Shown here piece by piece: positions 1 to 8,350 of a DNA stretch of 64,000 nucleotides. The stretch's first letter is position 1. Every line of letters begins with the position of its first letter. The DNA is from Dehalococcoidia bacterium (GTDB lineage Bacteria; Chloroflexota; Dehalococcoidia; Plut-88900): assembly GCA_965197585.1 (NCBI GenBank), contig OZ240215.1, positions 480,001 through 544,000 of the forward strand, written 5' to 3'. Under the pieces are notes generated by a model, which had not been told where the DNA came from, ran no database searches, and saw nothing but the letters and a program-made list of their open reading frames with translations. The position numbers were made by a program, and so were the translations under genes.

Positions 1-2
1 AT

Positions 3-3000
3 CCTGGCGTCGCCGGCGTCGTTCCGCCGGTCGTCGAAGACGCGGAGACGACCGCCGCGCTGGTCGGCAACACGACGCAGCCCCGCGCAGCGGGCCACGA
101 CCTGGGCTCGACCGGCGCTAAGAGGGCACAGGCGTTCACCACCGGGACCAGCAGAGCCGGGTACGCGCTGGCGTCCGTCGGGATAGAGTTCGACGAAGTT
201 TCGGACCCGTCGTCCGCGCCGTCCGACCTTGAGACGACGCTCAACGCGGACGGCGGCGGCGTCCCGGGCGACGCTCTCTGCACGCTCATCGCCCCGGCGA
301 GCCTGTCGGAACGGAGCGTGAACACCTTCGCCGCTCCGGCCTCGGGGACGACCTGCCCGGTTCTCGAGAAAGAGACGACCTACTTCGTGATCGTCGAAAG
401 GGTCCGCGTCACCGGTTCCGGCGCCATCGCCGTCAGTGGAACGGTGAGCGGCTCCGAAGACACGGGAGCCGCGGAGGGGTGGTCCATCGCGGACGGAAGC
501 GCGGCATATTCTCCTCAGGCCGCTGCTCAGGGATGGGCCTCCGACGCGTTTTCCTACAAGATCGAGGTGCGCGGCTCCTTCATCAACAACCCGGCTACCG
601 GCGAGGCGACGGTCACGGGCACGCCGCAGGTGAAGGGGACGCTCGCCGCGGCGGTCTTCGACGTGTCGGACGACGACGGGCTGACAGGCGCGGCCTACTC
701 GTACCAGTGGATGCGGGTCGACGGCGCGACCGAGACGAACATCGGGACCGGCTCGTCCACCTACACGCTCATCGCCGAGGATCTGGGCAAGCGGATCAAG
801 GTGCGGGTGGCGTTCGTCGACGACCGCGGCAACTATGAAACGCTGACCAGCGAGGCCACGCCGTCGGTCGAGGCTTTCAAGGCGGAGGACCAGGCCGGAA
901 CCGTTTCGCTCTTTCCGGCGAGACCCAGGGTCGGGACGGTGGTCAACGCCGCGCTGAGCGATCCCGACGGCCTCGAAGGCGGCGGCTCGGGGCCTGCGGC
1001 GTCCCTGGGCGCGGTTTCGTGGAGCTGGGCCAGGTCTCCTGACAGAATCGCCTGGACCGGCGTCGAGGCCTACGGCGAAGGAGACAGCTACGTTCCAACC
1101 GAAGAAGACGAAGGGATGCTGCTCAGGGCCGAGGCGTCATACACCGACGGGCACGGCCCCGGCAAGTCCGCGGAAGCGGTTTCGCCCGCCGTCGTGGGCG
1201 CCCGCGAACCGGGCCCGGAACTGACGGTGACGGAAATAGTCACGGGCCTGTCCTACCCCTGGGGCATCGATTTCACCCCCGACGGGACGATGCTGTTCAC
1301 CCAGCGCGCCGGCGTGCTGAACGCGAGGCTGACCGACGGCACCGTCAAGCGGGTCGACGCGGATCTCGGAGATCTGCTTGTCGACGGGTTCGCCGGCCTG
1401 CAGGCGCTGGCCGTGGACCCGGACTTTACGACCAACCGGCGGTTCTACACGCTCCAAGGGCACGCCGGACGCGAGATGCAGGTGATCGCCTGGACGATCG
1501 ACACGGACTACGACGAAGCCACACGCGTCGTCGATCCCCTGGTAGAGGGAATACCGATCGGGCCCGGCCCCTGGCACTCGGGAGGCCGGCTGCTATTCGG
1601 TCCGGAGGGATATCTATGGATCGCGACCGGCGACGGGCGGGTGGTGACAGGCGCGCAGGACCTGACGTCCCTGGGCGGCAAGGTCCTCCGCATAGACCCG
1701 CGGACGGGCGCCGGGGCGCCGGGCAATCCGTTCGGCGCCTCCTCGCCGGTGTACTCCTACGGCTTCCGCAACCCCCAGGGCCTGGCTCTCCGCCCGGGCA
1801 CGGACCAGATGTGGCTGGTGGAGCACGGCCCGAAACACGACGACGAGATCAATCTGCTCGCGCCGGGGGGCAACTACGGCTGGGACCCGATCCCGGACGA
1901 CGGCGGGTTGGTCTTCTACGACTACTCCGACGAGGCCGGCGTCCCCATGACCGACCTGGCCAAGTTCCCGTCTGCCCGCCAGGCCAGATGGTCCTCGGGA
2001 TTCCCCACCCTGGCAACCAGCGGGGCCGTTTTCCTGGATGGCCCCCAATGGGGGGAGTGGGAAGGGCGACTCGCGGTGGCTACGCTCAAGACGAAGTCGC
2101 TTCGTGTCTTCGAGTTCACGGAACAGGGCGATTTCGCGGGTCAGATCGTCGTTCCGGAGCTCGACGGCAGCCAGGGCCGGCTGCGGACCCCCGTGCTCGG
2201 CCCCGACGGGGCGCTGTACATCGCCACCTCCAACAAACCCGGCGTCGACAGGATTCTCAGGGTGGCCGCCAACCGCGCCGCGACGGGAGCGCCCTCTATC
2301 ACCGGCACGCCCCGCGTGGGCGAGACGCTGACGGCGGACGCCTCGAGCGTCGCCGACTCGGACGGGCTGACCAACGTCTCATACAGCCACCAGTGGATTC
2401 GGAACGAGGGGAACAGCGACTCCGATATACCGGACGCAACGGACACCACCTACACGCTCGTCGCCGATGATGTTGGCAAGACCATCAAGGTACGGGTGAC
2501 ATTCACCGACGACGCGGGGAACGAGGAGACCCTGACCAGCGCGGCAACGGAGGTGGTGCAGCAGGCTAGCAACGCCTGGTCCGCCACGATGACCGTGGGG
2601 ACAAGGGATGGGTTCACCGGGTATTCGTACTGGGGCAATCCCCACCTGGGGTCCCTGTCGACCACCGAGATCGAATGGGACGGCAAGACCCACTATGTCA
2701 GGGTCCTTTTTCTCAAGGACGGCGATCTCCGGCTCGGCCTGAACGAAGAGATGTTCTCCACAGGCTTCGTGCTGTCGATTGGGGACGAGGAGTTCGGCTC
2801 GGCGGACGCTATGGTGGATCATGGCGGTGCGTCCTACAGATTCCGGTGGGATGACCCGGGATTGGGCTGGTCGGATGGGGACGAGGTGTCGGTGAACCTC
2901 GTGCAGTCCGATCAGAATACCCCGGCCCTGGGCGCGCCGACCATCAGCGGCACGGTCCGAGTGGATGAGATGCTGACGGCAGACACCACTGATGTTGAGG

Positions 3001-4691
3001 ACGCGGACGGGTTGACCAACGTGTCGTACAGCTACCAGTGGATGGCTGACGGCGTGGACATTCAGAACGCGACCAGTTCCACCCACAAGCTCGTATTCCC
3101 CGACCAGGGCAAGACCATCAAGGTGAAGGTGTCCTTCACCGACGACCGGGACAACGCCGAGGCCCTTACCAGCGCGGCGACTGTGGCCGTTGTTGCAGCG
3201 CCTAACCGCGAGGCCACAGGTGAGCCCACCATCACCGGGACCACACAGGTGGGAGAGACGCTGACGGCCCTCACCAACGGCATCACCGACGAGGACGGGC
3301 TGGACGACGTTTCCTACAGCTACCAGTGGATTTCCGGCGGTACGGACATCGACGGAGCCACCGGCTCCAGCTACACGCTCACCAATAGTGAGCAGGGCCA
3401 GACCATCCAGGTCCGGGTGACCTTCACCGACGATGCAGACCACGAGGAGACGCTGACCAGCGCGGCGACGGGGGTGGTTGCGGCCGAGCCCAACTCTCCG
3501 GCCGCGGGAGCGCCCACCATTGATGGAACGGCCCAGGTGGGAGAGACGCTGACGGCGGACATCACGGACATCGCCGACGAGGACGGGCTGACCAACGTTT
3601 CGTACAGCTACCAGTGGGTTGCCGGAGGGTCGGACATACCGAGAGCAACGTCCTCCAGCTACACGCTTACAACCAGCGAGCAGGGACAGACCATCCAGGT
3701 TCGGGTGTCCTTCACCGACGACGCCGACAACGAGGAGACGCTGACCAGCGCGGCGACGGCGGCGGTGGCCGCCAAGCCGAACAGCCTGGCCACCGGCCAG
3801 CCCACCATCAGCGGAATCGCTCATGCAGGCCAGACATTGACGGCGGGGACGTCGGGCATTGCCGACGACGACGGGCTGGACGACGCCATATTCAGCTACC
3901 AGTGGATTGCCAACGACGGGACCACAGACATGGACATCGAGGATGCTGACGACTCAACTTACACTGTATCGGACGATGACGTGGGCAAGGTCATCAACGT
4001 GAGAGTGTCCTTCACCGACGACGCAGGGAACCAGGAGACGCTGACCAGCGGTCCCACCGCCTCTATAAGCCGGAGCATCATCTACGTGGTCGAACCGACT
4101 GCACACCCGACCAACCTCGTGGCCCAGTGGAAGAACGGTTCGGTCAGACTGTCATGGTACGCGCCCATGTTGGATACGGACTCGATCACCGGCTACAGGA
4201 TATACCGTGATTCTCAGCCGATCATTTACCGTCTGGGCTCCGGGACACGGTACCGGGACCAAGATGCAACCGAGGCCGGCTCAGAATACACCTACTGTGT
4301 CAGCGCCGTCAGGGACGGGGCCGACTTCAGCGAGTGCTCGGACGATGCGAGGGTCACCGTGCCGGGAGCGACGACCACCGTTGTGTCGCCGGATGCGACC
4401 GATCGACATCCGACGGACCTCGTTGTGAGTCTCGTGGACGGCGTGGTGGTGCTGACCTGGGACGCTCCCACCATGGAAGCCGAGACCGTCACGGGCTACG
4501 AGGTCCTGCGCCGCCGACCCGGGAATGAGGAGCACACACTGGTCCCGTACGGCCAGGCCATTGGCGGTACGACATTCATTGACCATGAGGCGACAGAGCC
4601 GGGAGTCAAGTACACCTATCGCGTGAAGGCTCTGAGAGGCGACGAGAAGAGCCGATGGTCCAACTACGTCAACATCACTATACCTCAGTAG
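3..4691 (+). CDS. Large secreted/surface protein (5'-partial): Ig/cadherin-like repeats + glucose/sorbosone dehydrogenase (PQQ-dependent) beta-propeller + 2 C-terminal fibronectin type III domains
   Basis: The frame is open from nt 3, upstream of the 318 GTG. It has about 6 copies of an ATGxPTIxGTxxVGETLTA...DxDGL...YSYQW...I(K/Q)VRVxFTDD repeat. GSDH motifs (LSYPWGIDFTPDG, HSGGRLLFGPEG, YGFRNPQGL, GNYGW) lie at about 1220-2265. FnIII motifs include PTNL..LSW..ITGYRIYR and YTYRVKA. Confidence 0.85.
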   Translation, partial: PGVAGVVPPVVEDAETTAALVGNTTQPRAAGHDLGSTGAKRAQAFTTGTSRAGYALASVGIEFDEVSDPSSAPSDLETTLNADGGGVPGDALCTLIAPASLSERSVNTFAAPASGTTCPVLEKETTYFVIVERVRVTGSGAIAVSGTVSGSEDTGAAEGWSIADGSAAYSPQAAAQGWASDAFSYKIEVRGSFINNPATGEATVTGTPQVKGTLAAAVFDVSDDDGLTGAAYSYQWMRVDGATETNIGTGSSTYTLIAEDLGKRIKVRVAFVDDRGNYETLTSEATPSVEAFKAEDQAGTVSLFPARPRVGTVVNAALSDPDGLEGGGSGPAASLGAVSWSWARSPDRIAWTGVEAYGEGDSYVPTEEDEGMLLRAEASYTDGHGPGKSAEAVSPAVVGAREPGPELTVTEIVTGLSYPWGIDFTPDGTMLFTQRAGVLNARLTDGTVKRVDADLGDLLVDGFAGLQALAVDPDFTTNRRFYTLQGHAGREMQVIAWTIDTDYDEATRVVDPLVEGIPIGPGPWHSGGRLLFGPEGYLWIATGDGRVVTGAQDLTSLGGKVLRIDPRTGAGAPGNPFGASSPVYSYGFRNPQGLALRPGTDQMWLVEHGPKHDDEINLLAPGGNYGWDPIPDDGGLVFYDYSDEAGVPMTDLAKFPSARQARWSSGFPTLATSGAVFLDGPQWGEWEGRLAVATLKTKSLRVFEFTEQGDFAGQIVVPELDGSQGRLRTPVLGPDGALYIATSNKPGVDRILRVAANRAATGAPSITGTPRVGETLTADASSVADSDGLTNVSYSHQWIRNEGNSDSDIPDATDTTYTLVADDVGKTIKVRVTFTDDAGNEETLTSAATEVVQQASNAWSATMTVGTRDGFTGYSYWGNPHLGSLSTTEIEWDGKTHYVRVLFLKDGDLRLGLNEEMFSTGFVLSIGDEEFGSADAMVDHGGASYRFRWDDPGLGWSDGDEVSVNLVQSDQNTPALGAPTISGTVRVDEMLTADTTDVEDADGLTNVSYSYQWMADGVDIQNATSSTHKLVFPDQGKTIKVKVSFTDDRDNAEALTSAATVAVVAAPNREATGEPTITGTTQVGETLTALTNGITDEDGLDDVSYSYQWISGGTDIDGATGSSYTLTNSEQGQTIQVRVTFTDDADHEETLTSAATGVVAAEPNSPAAGAPTIDGTAQVGETLTADITDIADEDGLTNVSYSYQWVAGGSDIPRATSSSYTLTTSEQGQTIQVRVSFTDDADNEETLTSAATAAVAAKPNSLATGQPTISGIAHAGQTLTAGTSGIADDDGLDDAIFSYQWIANDGTTDMDIEDADDSTYTVSDDDVGKVINVRVSFTDDAGNQETLTSGPTASISRSIIYVVEPTAHPTNLVAQWKNGSVRLSWYAPMLDTDSITGYRIYRDSQPIIYRLGSGTRYRDQDATEAGSEYTYCVSAVRDGADFSECSDDARVTVPGATTTVVSPDATDRHPTDLVVSLVDGVVVLTWDAPTMEAETVTGYEVLRRRPGNEEHTLVPYGQAIGGTTFIDHEATEPGVKYTYRVKALRGDEKSRWSNYVNITIPQ

Positions 4692-4732
4692 CCCCCTGAG
4701 CTACAGGACACGGGGTGTCATGCATACATGGA

Positions 4733-4762
4733 TGTCCGGGCGGGGCGGTGAGCCCGCCCGGA
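4733..4762 (+). terminator. GC-rich stem-loop after the surface-protein gene
   Basis: GTCCGGGCGGG-gcggtgag-CCCGCCCGGAC forms an 11-bp perfect stem; the U-tract is weak. Confidence 0.4.
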
Positions 4763-4899
4763 CGGGTGCTCTTCCTACACGGGAGCGGCTGAGGCGGCGG
4801 CATCTCGCGCCTCCCGCCATCGTGCTGCGCCCACCGCCGCACGTACCAGACGATCCCGTAGGTGAGGGTCCGGGAGTCCTGCGGGAGGACCCGCTCGCC

Positions 4900-5163
4900 A
4901 TGCTGAGACCGCACACATACTACAGCCCAAGGACCCACGTATTCCCCGACGACTTCCCACAGCGCCTGGAGCGGTTCAAGGAGGAGTCCGGCCTGTCGTG
5001 GGCGGAGATCGCCCGCCGTCTCAGAACCTACCCTCTCACCATACGACGTTGGAGGTTCAACGGGGTACGACCCAACCTGGCTCATCAGGTCGCGCTCCTT
5101 GAACTTGCCGACTCCCTGGGCCTGAGCCATATCTTCACCGACCGGAGCTCCCAGCAGGTATAG
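4900..5163 (+). CDS. XRE-like helix-turn-helix protein (paralog 1)
   Basis: GGAGG precedes ATG 4900. FPDDFPQRLERFKEESGLSWAEIARRL...TIRRWR..GVRPN is an HTH pattern. Confidence 0.75.
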   Translation: MLRPHTYYSPRTHVFPDDFPQRLERFKEESGLSWAEIARRLRTYPLTIRRWRFNGVRPNLAHQVALLELADSLGLSHIFTDRSSQQV

Positions 5164-5230
5164 TCCGCACGATATGCCCAGCTCTGCTGGCAACGCCCGT
5201 AGACCTGAGAGAGTGCTCAGGCCGAGTGCG

Positions 5231-5297
5231 TCGACTCGGGGCAAGGTCCCCGGGATGAGACAAGCACGTCGATGACGCGGCGATTGCCCCGAGTCGA
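5231..5297. repeat. 14-bp perfect inverted repeat
   Basis: TCGACTCGGGGCAA (5231-5244) / TTGCCCCGAGTCGA (5284-5297). Confidence 0.8.
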
Positions 5298-5396
5298 AAC
5301 TCGAACCCCCAAACGCCTGGCGGCACGGCCGGCCTATTGACCGGCTCAAGGAGCGCACCACGTCAGTTGGTCAGGCTCGGACACGGGCTAGACCTC

Positions 5397-5477
5397 CTGA
5401 AACGCAAAAAGGGCCGCATACATGGACACGCGGCAGGTCTGAAACGCAAAAGAGGCACACATACGTGGCCGTGCAGG
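5397..5477. repeat. Imperfect tandem direct repeat, 42-bp period
   Basis: CTGAAACGCAAAAAGGGCCGCATACATGG...GCAGG (5397) and CTGAAACGCAAAAGAGGCACACATACGTGG..GCAGG (5439). Confidence 0.75.
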
Positions 5478-5558
5478 GGGAGACCACCGCCACATCGACG
5501 GCGGCCTCCCCCTGTGTGTTGCAGTCAAGCGCCCGGCAGCGATACGGCAGGGTCCGGC

Positions 5559-5905
5559 CTAGAACAGCCTCAGCGTCTGCTGCTGTGCCTGCGTCTCCTC
5601 CGGCGTTTCGGTTGACGCTTCCTGCGCCGCTTCCTGCCCGCGCCGGTTCCGGCGCCGGGCCGGTGGAGCGGGTCTCGCGTAGGCGGGATGCTTGGGGGCG
5701 TCTTCCCACCTGGCCCTCGCCCTTTCGACCACCGCCGAGACCTCCTGCGTCAGCCCGGATACGTCCAGGTCGTCGAAGGTCTCGATGTGCGGGGCCGACG
5801 AGGGCTGCTGCACCCCGATGGTGGCCCTGCCGCCCTTGATGGACACGACCACCTTCAGGTCCTCCGAGGATTCGGTCCCCTCTCCAGTCGCCTGCTCATC
5901 GGCGT
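5559..5905 (-). pseudogene. 5'-truncated hypothetical protein ending QQQTLRLF
   Basis: The C-terminal ~115 aa of ORF 5559..6287 reads as a natural protein (EDLKVVVSIKGGRATIGVQQPSS...ARARWEDAPKHPAY). Upstream of ~5905 the frame is just the antisense of the + strand gene, and there is no native start. Confidence 0.55.
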
Positions 5906-8350
5906 CGCCGAACCCTTCTCCCTGGAGCTGGCCGGGGACATGGACGGCGTGACGCTGATGGCCCGCTGCCTCGACGACCAGGTGGTGCGCGGCCAGCTCT
6001 CCGCCCACTACCCCCAGGCCCGCATCCGGAAGGTGGACCCCGACGCCGATCCCCTGCGCATGAGCGAGGGCGAGCAGGCGTGGAGCATCACCCTGCGGGC
6101 AGACTGTCCCGAATACGTCCCCCTGCGCACCTTCAGGGACGACGACCTGCTCGACCCCGGCTCCGACCCTCTCATCGCCCTCATGGGCGCCCTCTCGGCC
6201 CTGAACGAGGGGGAGCGCGTCGTGGCCCGGCTGATGCTGCGCTCCCTCGGTCCCGACTGGTCGCAGCACCACATGGACAAGGCCCACAAGCGGCCCGGCA
6301 TGGAGCCGCGAGAGCCCGCCTACACCTACCAGACCAAGCGCCTCCAGATGGACGGCATCACAATGGCCGTCCTCGGCCTGGGCGCCCTTGCGGCCCTGAA
6401 GGGCTACCTGTGGGTGCAGGACGGGGAGATCTGGAAGGCCGCCCTCCTGGGAACGGTCACGGCCCTGGGGCTGGCCGCAGGCGGATGGGCGGGCACCGCT
6501 GGAAGAAGGCCCGGTCCCGCGTCGAGGACCCCCTGCTCATCAGGGAGAAGGTGTCCCGCATCGCCTTCGACGCGGAGATACAGGTCACGGCGGTCCTGCC
6601 CGCCGACACGGGGCGGCAGCGGGCCGGGGAGCTCCTCGGGCCGGTGGCCGCCGCATACCGCCACTTCGACAACCCCGCAGGGGCGCGGTTCAAGGTGGAC
6701 AGGGTCCGCCCCGCCGCGCCCGACCCGGCCCTGCTCCACCCGGCAGGCCCCGGACTGCTCGGCAGGCGCAGCGTCCTGGGAGTCCGCGAGGCGGCCGCCC
6801 TCTGGCACCCGCCCGGAGCGGGCGACGAGACGCCCCTGGTGGAGCGTTCCGGCGCGAAGGGGCTCATCCCCTCGGCCAGGGGAATCAGGGGAGGCGCCCT
6901 GGTGGGAGACACCACCGCGGGCAAGCCCATGCCCGTCCACTTCCCCGAAGACCTGCTCAGGAGGCACCACCTCTACGTCGCCCGCACCCGCATGGGCAAG
7001 TCCACCCTCATGCATCACATAGCCGTCCACAAGATGCGGGAGAAGGCCGAGGGCAGGGACCACGACGCCATCGTCGTCATCGACCCGCACACCGATCTCG
7101 TCGACGGGATCCTCGAACACGTCCCCGACTCCCTCATGGACAGGGTGCGCGTCATCGACCTGTCCGACGCCTCCCGCTCCCCCGGCATCAACCTTCTCGA
7201 CACCCGCATCTTCGCCGACCGCGACCGCACCGCCGACTCGGTGGTGCGCGTCGCCAAGGGCCTGTGGGAGCAGTGGGGGCCGAGGATGCAGTCCATCCTC
7301 GAACAGACGGTCAATACCCTCCACGAGGCCAACGAGCACCCCGAGACGGACGAGAACGAGCAGCACACCATCCTGGACGGGCTGCGCCTGTTGTCCAACG
7401 ACCCGTACCGGAACGCCGTCCTGGCGAAGGTCTCCGACCCCTATCTGCTTGAGTGGTGGGCCAGGGACTTCGGCAGCTGGCACCGCCAGTACCGCGCCGA
7501 GGCCCTCGCCCCCGTCCAGACCCGCCTCTCCTACTACGCATCATCCAAGAGGGCGCGGGCCATCCTCGGCCAGCGCCGCTCCACCATCGACATTCGCGAG
7601 ACCATCCTCGACGGGGGAGTCCTGCTGGTCTCCACCTCCCAGGGGACCGTGGGCAGAGACGTGGCCGCCCTGGTGGGCGCGTCCCTCCTCAACCTCGTGG
7701 ACGCCGTGATCCGGGAGCAGGGGAGCGTGGCGCTCCGGGAGCGGCGGGGGGCGCTGGTGGTCGTGGACGAGATGCAGACCATGCCCGGCGTGGACTACGA
7801 GTCCATGCTCAGCGAGCTGGGCAAGTTCGGCGCCTCCTTCATCCTCGCCACCCAGAGCCTCGCCAAGCTGGACGACCTCTCCCGAACCATGCGCGACACC
7901 CTGCTCGCCAACGTCGGGTGCCTGGCCGTCTTCCAGGTGGCCGGCTCCGACGCCCGCCACCTGGTCTGGGAGCTGGGGAAGGACCGGGTGACCGAGGAGG
8001 ACATCGTTTCCCTGCCCGTCCACCACTGCTACGTCCGCGCCACGGTCGGCACGGAGCGGATGGACTCCTTCTCGATGGAGGTGAGGAAGCCGGAGACGGG
8101 AGACCGGGACGGGGCGGACCGCATCCGCAAGGCCAGCTCCGTCTACACCGTCTCGGCCCAGCAGCTCGCCTACGCCGAGACCCAGGGCCACGGCAAGGTG
8201 GAGGAGTTCCGCAGGGGAGTCGAGACCCTGAAAGAGAGCGGCCCGCAGACAGAGGAGAAGAAGACTCCCCACGGCCCCGAGCGGTGGAAGCGGACCAGCA
8301 GGCGCAAGGCGCAGAGGAAGGAGCGTCCGGATGAAGATCAACGCCAGTGA
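5905..8350 (+). pseudogene. TraD/TrwB/VirD4-like type IV coupling protein ATPase; frameshifted at ~6492 and probably 5'-truncated
   Basis: The N-part in frame 5688 (EPFSLELAG...two TM helices...GGWA) continues in frame 6080 (HRWKKARS...). Walker A variant ARTRMGKST, IVVIDPH, Walker B LVVVDEMQ and ILATQS are present. Confidence 0.8.

Noticed and set aside
2379-3824. 481-aa minus-strand ORF with repeats
   Set aside because: Antisense shadow of the repetitive surface-protein gene in GC-rich DNA.
5397-5477. Mini CRISPR array
   Set aside because: Only two degenerate units with no unique spacers, and no cas genes in the window.
6480-6500. Programmed ribosomal frameshift in the coupling-protein gene
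   Set aside because: No slippery heptamer at the site; a 1-nt deletion explains it.
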